From sequence record NC_052656.1: a stretch of 64,000 nt of DNA; one strand, given 5' to 3'. This document shows, piece by piece, positions 8,227 to 18,265 of the stretch (positions within the stretch are counted from its first letter, which is position 1; each line of letters begins with the position of its first letter). Source of the DNA: Escherichia phage anhysbys. The notes beneath the pieces are model-generated. The model worked only from the letters and a program-made list of their open reading frames with translations, had not been told where the DNA came from and made no database searches. A program made the translations under genes and the position numbers.

Positions 8227-10003
8227 AATAGTTGCTATCCGTAGGCAAATTAGCAGGATTGTTGAAATACTGCTCTTTGTCATGCAGAGTTGCAGTTCTA
8301 ATGTCATAGTAAAACTGCCCTGCTGGACCAGTCTCTGAGAACTCACGGTTTTTTAGGATAAAGCAATGAGTCGTATTTCGTTCTACAGGGTCTTCAGCGG
8401 CTTTATCTCGTTCCAAAGCCAAGGTAATACCAGCACCTTTAGCCAAGAAACTACTACCCATTGCATCGTCCTCTGTTAAGTGTTCATTGCCACCATTAGC
8501 CGATTTCTTAACGTGTGAGATGACGATAATAGTTATAGCATACTCTTTCATGATGCGCTTCAACCATGTTGCTAACTCTTCCTGGGCTTGAACATCCATA
8601 CCAGAAAGCAAATCAGAATAAGGGTCGATAACAAGAATTGTTACTCCAAAATAGATGATCATCTCCAAAACTTTTTCTTTGATAGACTCCACATCTGCTC
8701 CACGATCATCACACACATAAAAACGTGGTGATCCATCTTCTCTTTCGTAAAAATCTAGGATTTTTTCTTTATTCTCTTCCAGGATTTGAAATTTCTCTTC
8801 CGGTGTTTTCCTATGTAGAGGAATGTGCAGGAAAGAGGACAACAGGTTACGAGAATATTTCTTATAGGTTGCTTCCAATGACAGAATACCGAGGGTATGT
8901 TCTGGGTGTGCAACGATAATATGTTTGGTGATCTCGTTCACCATCAAAGTTTTACCGATACTGGTCTTTGCCAGGATAACTGTAATCTCTTCCTCTACTA
9001 AACCACCACCCAGCATATTTGCAGCAACACGCATAAAAGGAGGCAAGGTAATCATCTTGGATTCCAAGCATTCTAATGCAGCTTCATACAAGACATTAGA
9101 AGCATAAACACCTGCTGGGGTGTATAGACGAGCACTCCAAAAAGCTTTTACGAAATCCTTTGCACGACCTTCTTCCAGATACTGATTGGCATCCTTAAGA
9201 TCCATCTGCATACGGTAGACTTTGTTACGAGGCAGCACCTTAACAATATTTTCAAATGCCTCATTACCTGCTTTGTCATTATCCATGCAAACAATAATCT
9301 TCTTAAATTTTTCAAAAAAAGGATATTGTGCCTGAACTTGTTTATACATACTGGTTTCACCAGTTGTGCCACTAACTACTGCTGGAAGTTCATATTTGTT
9401 GTCCAAGTTTTCAGACAGCATTTGATAAGCTGCCAGAGCATCGTGTTCACCACCTGTAATTACCACAGTATGAGAACGGTCTGCAAAACGAATTTGTCCA
9501 AAAAGATCTACATCTTTACCTACTTGACCAATAGGTTTACTGAAATCTTTAGGATGAATACGACGCTTAAAACCAACCAATTCTTTACCGATAGTAGTTG
9601 GATATAAACAACTTTCTACTACCATCTGATCCCCTTCCTGACGGTATTCATAACGAACACCATAGAAAGATGAAACTTTTTCTTTAATGCCTCGATAACC
9701 ACGTGGGTTGGTTGATGTTTCTTGAACAATTTTACGATGAATCTGTTTATTAAATTCCGAACCCACAATCTCCTCCTCTTCTTCTAAAACTTCACCATTT
9801 TCTCGTAACCATTCTACGCTAGGAATAGTGTATTCACACGCAAAGCACTTAGCACCTTTATGCTCTCCATTAGAATCTAATCCATAAACCATCAGGTTAT
9901 TACGAGAGCGATCCTTGCCATTTTTCATGCAGCGCGGACAACCTGTATGCCCTTCCTTGCTAAGATCAACATCAAATCCATATTTAGTTATAATGTGCGA
10001 CAC
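8225..10003 (-). CDS. Bifunctional primase-helicase (T7 gp4-like)
   Basis: N-terminal zinc-binding CPRC...CFAC; TOPRIM-like VVITGGEHDALAAYQ; DnaB-type Walker A AKTSIGKT. Confidence 0.8.
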   Translation of the reverse strand: MSHIITKYGFDVDLSKEGHTGCPRCMKNGKDRSRNNLMVYGLDSNGEHKGAKCFACEYTIPSVEWLRENGEVLEEEEEIVGSEFNKQIHRKIVQETSTNPRGYRGIKEKVSSFYGVRYEYRQEGDQMVVESCLYPTTIGKELVGFKRRIHPKDFSKPIGQVGKDVDLFGQIRFADRSHTVVITGGEHDALAAYQMLSENLDNKYELPAVVSGTTGETSMYKQVQAQYPFFEKFKKIIVCMDNDKAGNEAFENIVKVLPRNKVYRMQMDLKDANQYLEEGRAKDFVKAFWSARLYTPAGVYASNVLYEAALECLESKMITLPPFMRVAANMLGGGLVEEEITVILAKTSIGKTLMVNEITKHIIVAHPEHTLGILSLEATYKKYSRNLLSSFLHIPLHRKTPEEKFQILEENKEKILDFYEREDGSPRFYVCDDRGADVESIKEKVLEMIIYFGVTILVIDPYSDLLSGMDVQAQEELATWLKRIMKEYAITIIVISHVKKSANGGNEHLTEDDAMGSSFLAKGAGITLALERDKAAEDPVERNTTHCFILKNREFSETGPAGQFYYDIRTATLHDKEQYFNNPANLPTDSNY

Positions 10004-10015
10004 TTTGTTCTCCTG

Positions 10016-10294
10016 TTAAAATGGTTCGTTAGTCTCCATCATATATTCTGCTTCTAGTTCTTCCATGTGCTTTCTAAATTGGAAAGCAATTTCTGCTACA
10101 GTTACATTTAAATCTTTTTCAAAAACTTCTGTAGAGCCTTCATAAAAACGAATACCGTCAATTAAAAGCCCTCCGTGGTAATCCCAATCACTTTCACGAG
10201 AAAGCGGGTTAGGCTCTTCATAATAGTAATCCACCTCCACGACTAAGGCTTTCCCGTTACGAGTGGTGTATTCAAAATCAAAAGTGTTAATCAT
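10016..10294 (-). CDS. Hypothetical protein
   Basis: 92-aa ORF. Confidence 0.35.
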   Translation of the reverse strand: MINTFDFEYTTRNGKALVVEVDYYYEEPNPLSRESDWDYHGGLLIDGIRFYEGSTEVFEKDLNVTVAEIAFQFRKHMEELEAEYMMETNEPF

Positions 10295-11238
10295 TATAGC
10301 TCCTCAAATAAAAGTCTACGACGCTCATTCAACACATCAATGTGATAATGAGTCCTGACATACTTAGCTAATGCTAATCCTTTCTCCATGCAAACATCGG
10401 GAGCACTTAATAAGTATTCCGTAATATCTTTCCACTCGGAAGGTGTTTCAGCAAAGAATAACAAATCTTTAAACTCTTGTGTATGATAATTCTCACGAGG
10501 AGAACAAATCAAAGGTAAACCCTTAGCACCTGCCTCAAGAATTTTAAGATTGCTTTTTGCATTATTAAACACGTTATCAATCAATGGCGCAAGACTGACT
10601 TGATGACCATCGTAAGATTCCATGTAGTTGGCATATGGTCTTACACCTTCATAAACACAAGTTGGTGCTACATTTTCTCTGATTACAGACCATTCACGAC
10701 TACTTAAAACTTCAGAATCCCTACGAAAACCACATATTGTAAGATCTTTACCAAAATCGGGCAAGATAGCCAAATCTTGTTTATGTGTTTCACTTCCAGC
10801 CCAGACTAATGGAGTTTTGGAGTAGCGATCACGGGTCAACACAAATTGACCTTCATCGTAAGGAAGTCCATTAGGGATTATGTGCACATTATCATTGTAT
10901 TGTGAAAGTTCAACTTGCAAAGCAGGTGTCGTAGTTGTAACAAGATCGCTATGCTCTAAAAACCATTTTAAATGTTCACGAATACCTGATTCAAAAATAC
11001 CTTCTAACATGTGTCCTTTTGGAATGACTAAAGAGTCATCCAAATCCATAACCATTTTAAAGCCTAGGTTTTTAAGGGCTAAAAAGCCCTCTTTACCTTT
11101 TGTTGGCACCCCGTTAAAAACGAAAACGTTGTGTTTAGGTTGTGAAGAGAACTGCCTTGAGTAAGGCAGCACTACCCTATGGAAATCGCAGACACTATAA
11201 TTGATTCCGTTACGATTGTCAAGAATTATTTGTCCCAT
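10294..11238 (-). CDS. Glycosyltransferase (GT-B, family 1/4-like), paralog A
   Basis: C-terminal NLKILEAGAKGLPLICS motif; paralogous to next gene. Confidence 0.5.
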   Translation of the reverse strand: MGQIILDNRNGINYSVCDFHRVVLPYSRQFSSQPKHNVFVFNGVPTKGKEGFLALKNLGFKMVMDLDDSLVIPKGHMLEGIFESGIREHLKWFLEHSDLVTTTTPALQVELSQYNDNVHIIPNGLPYDEGQFVLTRDRYSKTPLVWAGSETHKQDLAILPDFGKDLTICGFRRDSEVLSSREWSVIRENVAPTCVYEGVRPYANYMESYDGHQVSLAPLIDNVFNNAKSNLKILEAGAKGLPLICSPRENYHTQEFKDLLFFAETPSEWKDITEYLLSAPDVCMEKGLALAKYVRTHYHIDVLNERRRLLFEEL

Positions 11239-11245
11239 ACTTCAC

Positions 11246-12193
11246 CTACAAACTTTCAATAACCTGGCGTCGCAACTCGTTTGCATCTGCCAGATTGTAA
11301 TGTGTTCGAACATGTTCAGCCAAGAACAAGCCACGATCTTCCCGATAGTTTGGATTGCGAAGAAGCTTAACAATTTCGTAATGCCATTCTGCTTTATTCT
11401 CTGCGTAAGTAACAGCACGAGCATCTACAGGGTTAAAATAAGGTAATACCTTAGAACAAACAATTGGAATACCTTTTGCTCCAGCTTCCAGGATTTTGAG
11501 ATTACTTTTACAATTATTAAAATCATTATCTACCAAAGGAGCTATAGCAATAGCATGACTTTCGTAAACACTCATGTAATTATCTAAATCTTTTACAGCG
11601 GCTTTATATTTGGCATTTGGTAAATTTCTGCGAATCTTAATCCATTCTTGTCCCGTGATGCTCTGTGATGCTTCATATCCCGCAATAGTAAGAAGTTCAT
11701 CATCGAAAGTATTAGAGACTAGTCGTAAATCTGGCTCGTGACTAGCACCGCCAGCCCATACAACAGGGGTACCGGATGAACGATCATTTGACAAAGTGAA
11801 TTGTCCACTATCAAAAGGAAGTGCATTTCGGATCACAACAACATTCCTATTTAAGTGACGGATCTTATATGCCAAATATTCTGTAGTCACAATAACCACA
11901 TCAGCAAGCTTAACCATAGCTACAATAGCATGAGTGTTTGACTCGTATAGACTTGCTAAATAATGTTCTGGATTAAGTTGGTAGAAATCATCTAAATCTA
12001 CAACAATCTTAACACCTTGACGTTTCAAAGATAAAACGTATTCTGCACCTTTAGAGTGGATACGGTTAAACACAACAACATCTTTCTTAGGTTGAATATT
12101 ATTGTTGTTAAAAGGTATAACAATACGATGATAGTCACAACCGCTATGAGGTTTTGCATCAATTTTTAGTTTAGACCATTTTTTATTTGACAT
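11246..12193 (-). CDS. Glycosyltransferase (GT-B, family 1/4-like), paralog B (start moved to ATG 12193 with GGAGG RBS)
   Basis: VVWAGGASHEPDL and NLKILEAGAKGIPIVCS align with paralog A. Confidence 0.5.
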   Translation of the reverse strand: MSNKKWSKLKIDAKPHSGCDYHRIVIPFNNNNIQPKKDVVVFNRIHSKGAEYVLSLKRQGVKIVVDLDDFYQLNPEHYLASLYESNTHAIVAMVKLADVVIVTTEYLAYKIRHLNRNVVVIRNALPFDSGQFTLSNDRSSGTPVVWAGGASHEPDLRLVSNTFDDELLTIAGYEASQSITGQEWIKIRRNLPNAKYKAAVKDLDNYMSVYESHAIAIAPLVDNDFNNCKSNLKILEAGAKGIPIVCSKVLPYFNPVDARAVTYAENKAEWHYEIVKLLRNPNYREDRGLFLAEHVRTHYNLADANELRRQVIESL

Positions 12194-12866
12194 GTGCCAG
12201 TGCCTCCTCATAGGAAATTCGGATTTTCCCATTTTTAATATCCTCTAAAGATGCTTTATATTCTTCCCAGTTAATCCCGATAGCAGCTTCTTTCTCTTCT
12301 TTTGTCAGGTTAGCAAAAGGCATAGGATTGTTTCCAAAAACATCGTCTGGGTGGATATAAGCCATGATACGAAGTGGACAAGGTGTTGCCTGAATACCAT
12401 GATTCAAACCAGCAGCTTTCAAACGGTGTCCCCATTCAGCATCTTCAAAACCATAGCCGTGAGTGTAAGGGCGGAAATAACCCATCTTCTCAACAACGGC
12501 ACGAGAATACATTGCAAATTGACACATTGCAAGTTCCCAGAGAATAACTTCTCCTTTGCTTCCAACAACTTTATCTTTGAAGTACTCCGGCATACCAAAG
12601 AAATCCCATCTTCCAGAAACAGCTTGATCTACAAAGTATGTTTCCCATCCTTCCATGACTGGGTAGCAATCGTCGTCAAAAATAAACCAATAATCATAAC
12701 CTTCTTCATAAAACTGGTGCATAAGTTCATTCCTGGCATAAGCTACACCTTTACGGTCTGGATCGTTGAATACTCGAAAATCTGCACGTGGATCTGTTAC
12801 AAGGTAGTCTTTAAGTGGACGGACACCTACAGTGATAACACCCACTCCGATTTTAATATTTTCCAT
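12183..12866 (-). CDS. Glycosyltransferase-like (GT-A type, DxD motif)
   Basis: FIFDDDCYP acidic motif. Confidence 0.4.
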   Translation of the reverse strand: MENIKIGVGVITVGVRPLKDYLVTDPRADFRVFNDPDRKGVAYARNELMHQFYEEGYDYWFIFDDDCYPVMEGWETYFVDQAVSGRWDFFGMPEYFKDKVVGSKGEVILWELAMCQFAMYSRAVVEKMGYFRPYTHGYGFEDAEWGHRLKAAGLNHGIQATPCPLRIMAYIHPDDVFGNNPMPFANLTKEEKEAAIGINWEEYKASLEDIKNGKIRISYEEALAHVK

Positions 12867-12874
12867 TTTCTCTC

Positions 12875-13438
12875 CTAAATAGTTTTACTGTGATCGTGAC
12901 AGTGTAATAAATGATGTATAGACCGTTGAGGATTTGTTTGACCTAATCTGTAAATGTGAAATAGATACATTCCCCGCATCAATCCTAACCTCTTTCCTTT
13001 TTCATGTAAAGTGCGAGAGAAAATTAAGTCGAATTGGATAGATTTTTCTTCGAAAGGAATTTCATTCCACAAGGATTTTCTAAAAAGCAAAAAGAAACCT
13101 GCCAGAGGTGTTCCGAAAGGAACTTCTTCAACACTCACTTTATGATATTCTCTTGCAATCTTAGCATATTCTATATGGTTTAGAATATCTGGATCATCGT
13201 TAATTTGGTTAGAGAAAAGCTGATAACCACTGCCTAACCTGTTACAAGTTGCACCTATTACATCAAAAGGTGGGTTTGACATAACAAGCTCTTCAAGCAT
13301 AGATGGTTGATCAGGTAGGAGGAACATTGTATCGGTATCTCTTAAACACACCCAACTATCATCTGGAAGAACGGCAATGGCTTCATTGATAGCCTTGCCG
13401 ATATTTCCTGTCAGATAGGGAGTAATATAATAAATCAT
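12875..13438 (-). CDS. Putative glycosyltransferase-like protein
   Basis: CLRDTDTMF acidic motif; adjacency to three glycosyltransferases. Confidence 0.3.
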   Translation of the reverse strand: MIYYITPYLTGNIGKAINEAIAVLPDDSWVCLRDTDTMFLLPDQPSMLEELVMSNPPFDVIGATCNRLGSGYQLFSNQINDDPDILNHIEYAKIAREYHKVSVEEVPFGTPLAGFFLLFRKSLWNEIPFEEKSIQFDLIFSRTLHEKGKRLGLMRGMYLFHIYRLGQTNPQRSIHHLLHCHDHSKTI

Positions 13439-13454
13439 TCTCCCCTCCGTTATA

Positions 13455-13646
13455 TTAACTGTCGGCTACAATCCCGCGTTTAATCATTTCCTGTTGGATT
13501 TGGATGACACGATCTCGTGCTTCCATGTATTCTTTAAAAGATTCTTGAAGATGGTCACGAGCTACGTCTCGTAGCTTAATCAGTTTGTCGTTTGTCACTT
13601 CTTGAAGAGAGATTTCGCCAGTTTCATTGGTCCCAAGCGTTTTCAT
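13455..13646 (-). CDS. Hypothetical small protein
   Basis: 63-aa ORF. Confidence 0.3.
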   Translation of the reverse strand: MKTLGTNETGEISLQEVTNDKLIKLRDVARDHLQESFKEYMEARDRVIQIQQEMIKRGIVADS

Positions 13647-13902
13647 TTACAACCTCCTTAATAGCTACTGCACAGTTCTTACAAATACATTGACCTTTGT
13701 TCTTAGAAATTTCAATGTAAGGTTCATTTTCGTTTTCTCCGCGTCGTGAATCGTATATTACAGTATTGAAGCAGACAACGCAAATGTTTTTAATAACGAC
13801 ATATTTTTGCACTTTCTGTTTAGTGCGAAAATTGACTTCAATGACTTCTCCCATCAGTGAATCTCCCCTAAAATGTTGTTTTGAGACATTACTGCGGAGC
13901 AT
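13624..13902 (-). CDS. Small Cys-rich (zinc-binding) protein
   Basis: CVVCFN ... CICKNC. Confidence 0.35.
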   Translation of the reverse strand: MLRSNVSKQHFRGDSLMGEVIEVNFRTKQKVQKYVVIKNICVVCFNTVIYDSRRGENENEPYIEISKNKGQCICKNCAVAIKEVVNENAWDQ

Positions 13903-14201
13903 TCTACAGCATCATGAGTCCTTGCAAAACGCTCCCACAACACAGCATCTACTTTAAGAACCATACAAGGATAAATACTGTCGTTGATCATGTCAATGCT
14001 ATATTTATCTACATCCTTTTCATCTTCCATAAACAAAGTAGCGTATGCTTCTAAATGCTTACGGGTGTAGTATACATCCTCTTCAGTAAGACCGACAACC
14101 AGGTAACTTGCTACAACAACAGTATTATCTTCTTGCATTTTAACTCCCCTTTGGTAGATAGAAACCATGCACTTTATCTCGATAAACAAGACGCATATCA
14201 C
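13854..14201 (-). CDS. Hypothetical protein
   Basis: 115-aa ORF. Confidence 0.3.
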   Translation of the reverse strand: MICVLFIEIKCMVSIYQRGVKMQEDNTVVVASYLVVGLTEEDVYYTRKHLEAYATLFMEDEKDVDKYSIDMINDSIYPCMVLKVDAVLWERFARTHDAVECSAVMSQNNILGEIH

Positions 14202-14661
14202 GTTCCCAGTGTGTCCTTATATTCCGTTTCTTGAAGTATAGAGCACCTTTAGTAACATCTAAAACAGACCGCAATTCAGGAAAATGTTTCTCTAAATAAA
14301 GTAAACGCTCCGCTATTGCTTTTGCTTCCTGCCACTTATCTTTCTCTGTTACGTTAAAAGTTTTCGCATATGAGAATTGCCCTTTCTGGAACAAGACTCC
14401 TCTGACTGTGTTAGGGAAGTAGGTATCGTTTCTTCTGTTGATTACCACATTCCCAACGGCATTCATTCCTTTTTTACCCAGACCGCGACCTTCTGCGTAA
14501 ATTGCACAAGCTAATAGAATTTTATCATTATATTGCTTTGTACATTTGTGAACTACTTTAGCGGTTTTTACGTTTGCAGCTTCGGCTTTCGCCACAACAG
14601 GTGTAAATGTAAAAGCAGTTAAGGATAGTAACGCAACTGTTACAAAGTTTTTTATCAGCAA
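14140..14661 (-). CDS. Secreted cell-wall hydrolase (SleB-like), TTG start
   Basis: Signal peptide LIKNFVTVALLSLTAFTFTPVVAKA; motif CAIYAEGRG...NAVGNVVINR...FPNT...QFS; RBS AAGGAGG. Confidence 0.55.
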   Translation of the reverse strand: MLIKNFVTVALLSLTAFTFTPVVAKAEAANVKTAKVVHKCTKQYNDKILLACAIYAEGRGLGKKGMNAVGNVVINRRNDTYFPNTVRGVLFQKGQFSYAKTFNVTEKDKWQEAKAIAERLLYLEKHFPELRSVLDVTKGALYFKKRNIRTHWERDMRLVYRDKVHGFYLPKGS

Positions 14662-14693
14662 ATTTTGCCTCCTTTTTAAGTTAACGAATTTCT

Positions 14694-14722
14694 AGTATAA
14701 CACGATAGAGGCTTTATTGCAA
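14694..14722 (-). promoter_or_regulatory. Sigma70-like promoter TTGCAA-17-TATACT for the hydrolase gene
   Basis: Read on minus strand; -10 TATACT, -35 TTGCAA. Confidence 0.45.
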
Positions 14723-14742
14723 GAGGGGGATTTCTCCCCCTC
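14723..14742 (-). terminator. GC hairpin downstream of terD-like gene
   Basis: gagggggagaaatccccctc; no clear U-tract. Confidence 0.3.
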
Positions 14743-14760
14743 AAAATCATTTGTTAATTA

Positions 14761-15363
14761 TTATGGACATTCATACCATTCTTTTTTACCACCGAAGGCC
14801 ATCACCACATCACAAATATCCAGACCAGCTTTACCTACACCATATGCTTTCAGCTTCCATTCCCCATCTTCACGAACCAAGGAAGCCACGTGGCAGATTG
14901 TGTTGCCAGCCACTTCAGGAGCCAGGAAGTCAAAATCCAGAATTTCCACATTGCGCTCGGAGTCGAAGATTTTAAGCATACCTTCAGAAGCATGACCAAA
15001 ACGTTTCAGACCTGTATCATCATCAATGGTCAGAACAAAGGCAATCTCTTGTGCATCAGGGGAGATTTTAGCCAGAGTAATATCAATCTGCTCCATGCTG
15101 CCAGTTCCATCACGAACATCGTCACCAGCGAAGGTAGAACGTTCAGGATCAAACTTGTTAGCATAGCAAACCAGGTGACGTGCAGACAGCATTTCAGGAT
15201 TGCCAGCGGCATTATGACGACAAACCAGTGCACTTACATCCAGATCCAGTTTAGAATCAGATTTCCAAGAGAATTCCAGGCGCAGTTCTTTCAGAGCCGG
15301 AGCAACTTTCTTCAGGGAAATTTTTTCGCTAGAGCCTTTTTTCAGGGAAATTTTATCAGTCAT
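14761..15363 (-). CDS. terD: TerD-domain protein
   Basis: TerD-like core FAGDDVRDGTGSMEQIDITL; N-terminal duplicated EKISLKK. Confidence 0.65.
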   Translation of the reverse strand: MTDKISLKKGSSEKISLKKVAPALKELRLEFSWKSDSKLDLDVSALVCRHNAAGNPEMLSARHLVCYANKFDPERSTFAGDDVRDGTGSMEQIDITLAKISPDAQEIAFVLTIDDDTGLKRFGHASEGMLKIFDSERNVEILDFDFLAPEVAGNTICHVASLVREDGEWKLKAYGVGKAGLDICDVVMAFGGKKEWYECP

Positions 15364-15378
15364 CTTTTGTCTCCTCTA

Positions 15379-15648
15379 TTATTTAAGTGTAATACCAGTT
15401 ACAGTCAATTCTACTTCCAAAAGCTTAGATGTGTTTTGGATTGATACTAATTGTGCATGATGGTTTAGTTCTACAGCAGAACAATCATTTTCCCCATCAT
15501 CTACTTTTAAATAAACAATGATTTCACTAAGGTCTAAACCATTTTCGTCAAATGCATTTTCATAGACGAAAGTATCTCCTACATCCAAATCTTTAATGGT
15601 AAGGCATCGTTTATTTACTTTTTGCTCATCAATTTCGAAGTTTAACAC
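15379..15648 (-). CDS. Hypothetical protein, paralog of 16670-16948
   Basis: Shared KDLDVGxTF ... VTGITLK pattern. Confidence 0.4.
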   Translation of the reverse strand: MLNFEIDEQKVNKRCLTIKDLDVGDTFVYENAFDENGLDLSEIIVYLKVDDGENDCSAVELNHHAQLVSIQNTSKLLEVELTVTGITLK

Positions 15649-15877
15649 TTCTTCCTCCTAATGTTATCTCCGGTTTGTATATACGAAGAATTATAGCATT
15701 TTCATTTTCTTTGTCAACCCACTCTTCATAATCGGGCCATACATGAATCTCTACTCTACTTACAACATCTTCCATTCGCACAGTCCCAATGAAATACTCT
15801 TTGAGACTGCGCATAATGAAAGCTTCTCTCTCGCGCCAATAATTTTCTACGACTTGAGAGGCAAGCTCGTCGATCAT
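15629..15877 (-). CDS. Hypothetical protein
   Basis: 82-aa ORF. Confidence 0.35.
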   Translation of the reverse strand: MIDELASQVVENYWREREAFIMRSLKEYFIGTVRMEDVVSRVEIHVWPDYEEWVDKENENAIILRIYKPEITLGGRSVKLRN

Positions 15878-16668
15878 TTTTTAGCACCTACTTTAACAAC
15901 CCACTCTCCGAACTCTTCAGATAAGAGTTTGTCATAAAGCTCTGAATCTGTCAAGTCTAAATCTTTAATGCCAATAAAACCAACATTATCATAAGCATTT
16001 GCCAGTTCTTTCAGGAAGCCAAACTTCTCATTACCAACGCCAACCATGAACCAATAAATAGGTTTATTCTTATTCTCTTCAATAAGACGACGAACAGCAC
16101 TAGGATCACCATTCTCACCATCCGTCTGGAAGAATACAACACCAGGGGTAACGTCAGCACCTGGTTCAGACACAGCTACAATCTTTTCACGCTCTACAGA
16201 TACTGTTTCAGTTTTACCAAGCAGACGATTAAAGAAGCCTTTCTTTGGAGCCTCCTCTTGTACCACTTGTTTAGTGGTAATATATTTGGTAACAGTGCCA
16301 AAATACTCATCGTAGATATCTGCCATTACAGGGGCGTAATTTGTTCCACCTCCGATACGAACATTACGCATACATTTACCAACATAGTCATCGTAAACGT
16401 CTGCTGTTGCTGGAGTAAGCTCTTGAGAACTCGTATTGAAGGCCCACATGTCAATTTGTTCATTATCGTCGAACAGCATACCAAAAGGAAGCAGTTTACC
16501 TACAAAATCACTCACTACCCCACGAGCATATAAACCATGCATACTACCAGAAATATCTAGAGCACATGCTACACGAAGAACAATCTTACCTTCGTTCAGG
16601 TTCTTATTCTTTTTCAGAGAGAAAGCAAGGTTTTCTTGACGTTTTTTCAGGCTGATTTTCTCGGACAT
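15874..16668 (-). CDS. von Willebrand factor A domain protein (TerY-like)
   Basis: MIDAS motif LDISGSM; N-terminal SEKISLKK shared with TerD gene. Confidence 0.6.
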   Translation of the reverse strand: MSEKISLKKRQENLAFSLKKNKNLNEGKIVLRVACALDISGSMHGLYARGVVSDFVGKLLPFGMLFDDNEQIDMWAFNTSSQELTPATADVYDDYVGKCMRNVRIGGGTNYAPVMADIYDEYFGTVTKYITTKQVVQEEAPKKGFFNRLLGKTETVSVEREKIVAVSEPGADVTPGVVFFQTDGENGDPSAVRRLIEENKNKPIYWFMVGVGNEKFGFLKELANAYDNVGFIGIKDLDLTDSELYDKLLSEEFGEWVVKVGAKK

Positions 16669-16669
16669 A

Positions 16670-16948
16670 TTATTTCTCCTTCTTAAGTGTAATGTTGGTA
16701 ACTTCTAAATCTACTTCCACCATATTTGTATCTGGTGGGATGCAATGAGTATAGCCTCGTTGTGCTAGTGATCCATTAATACAAATCGCACTGTTTGTGG
16801 AATTTTTAATGAACACCAAGTTACGGTAGGTATCCAACCCTGCGTCTTCATAGGCATCATAATACATGAATGTGGCCCCTACGTCAAGATCTTCGAAAGC
16901 AATAGGTAAATCCTGACTTTTTTCTTCTTGAATATTGAATCTAAACAC
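16670..16948 (-). CDS. Hypothetical protein, paralog of 15379-15648 (GTG start with GAGGAGG RBS)
   Basis: EDLDVGATFMYY ... VTNITLK. Confidence 0.4.
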   Translation of the reverse strand: MFRFNIQEEKSQDLPIAFEDLDVGATFMYYDAYEDAGLDTYRNLVFIKNSTNSAICINGSLAQRGYTHCIPPDTNMVEVDLEVTNITLKKEK

Positions 16949-17504
16949 GCATACCTCCTCTACCAATTTTGAAGCCCAAATCGTAAGCTTCCTTAGTGAT
17001 CTTTTGTAACTCACTTATAGGAAGTGTTACAAGAGGATCATCTTCTTCAATTTCCATCTTGTCATCTTCTGTTTCAATGAGAGTATTATGCACTTTGTGA
17101 TAAGGGTTGTCAACACGTTTAAACTTATTCTTTTCTGTGCTGAAAAAACAATCTGGATCTTCTTCACCATCACCCCAACCTTGGTTAGGATCTCCGTCAG
17201 ATTGTTCTGTAGGGATTTCACCTGTAAAGTACTCTTCCAGCACCATAGCGATACCGTCCCTTGGATTTGAGGAATGCATCAAATCACAAACCTTACTCCA
17301 ATCCATAGCCCATTCAAATCGTTCACGAACACCATTTTCATCCTCCTTTCCAGAGAAAACACAACCATAACTATCATAGTTCCCATACATCTCTTCAATA
17401 ACAACACCGTCCTTCAAAAGAAAGAGGTAGCAAGGTGATCCGTCGAAAGAAGTAGAAAGGGCAGCTTTGCCCGATTCTTTGCACAAAAAGCTAAAACAAC
17501 CCAT
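16941..17504 (-). CDS. Hypothetical acidic protein
   Basis: 187-aa ORF. Confidence 0.4.
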   Translation of the reverse strand: MGCFSFLCKESGKAALSTSFDGSPCYLFLLKDGVVIEEMYGNYDSYGCVFSGKEDENGVRERFEWAMDWSKVCDLMHSSNPRDGIAMVLEEYFTGEIPTEQSDGDPNQGWGDGEEDPDCFFSTEKNKFKRVDNPYHKVHNTLIETEDDKMEIEEDDPLVTLPISELQKITKEAYDLGFKIGRGGMRV

Positions 17505-17902
17505 TACAAACCCTCCTTCAGATTATCAAGAGCTACAGTGGTTTCACAAAATTCTCCATAAGCTTTATGATGTTCCAGAAAAGCTTCGGGTCCACCCCAA
17601 TCATTATCTTGTGTATTCCAGCCATCAATAAAAGCATCTTCAATGATTGTGATCAGTTCCTGTCGAGTCAGCGTAATGGTATCAGGTTTCTGCGTAGTTT
17701 CCACACGGAACCCTGGTTCTTCATAAAAACCTTTAGTTACAATGGACTCTAACTCTTCTGCATCACAGAGGAAGTAGCCACAAAGATAACACCAACCGTC
17801 ATCATCTTTCATTACTTCATAAACTTCACCACTTGCCAAATTAGTGAAAAGAGTAGGGTCTGTTACTGTAAGTTTTAAAAGAATACCTGTTGGATTATAC
17901 AT
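17504..17902 (-). CDS. Hypothetical protein
   Basis: 132-aa ORF. Confidence 0.4.
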   Translation of the reverse strand: MYNPTGILLKLTVTDPTLFTNLASGEVYEVMKDDDGWCYLCGYFLCDAEELESIVTKGFYEEPGFRVETTQKPDTITLTRQELITIIEDAFIDGWNTQDNDWGGPEAFLEHHKAYGEFCETTVALDNLKEGL

Positions 17903-18067
17903 CTTCTTCCTCCTCTAAAATATGGAACCCGTAATTACAATAATCCTGAAAGGTTTCGTGTGCAAGATCTTCTATATCCTCTTGAGACATATCATCTTCA
18001 ATTTCGATATCCACAACCTCATTGCATCCACACCAAGCAGTTTCAATATTCACTCGTAATATTTTCA

Positions 18068-18265
18068 TTACTCCTCCTCCTCATTGAAGTCAATATCTGC
18101 AAGGAGTTCGAATTTACGGAAGTTACGACAACCTTCATAAATATAACAATCACGACAAACTGCTAGAACACTTGGGGGATATATACCTCCCATCGGTGCG
18201 AATCGTTTTTCGTCATCATAACGGACACCAATGTCTTCATCAATTATATAGATACGGATTCTCAT
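18068..18265 (-). CDS. Hypothetical small protein
   Basis: 65-aa ORF. Confidence 0.3.
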   Translation of the reverse strand: MRIRIYIIDEDIGVRYDDEKRFAPMGGIYPPSVLAVCRDCYIYEGCRNFRKFELLADIDFNEEEE

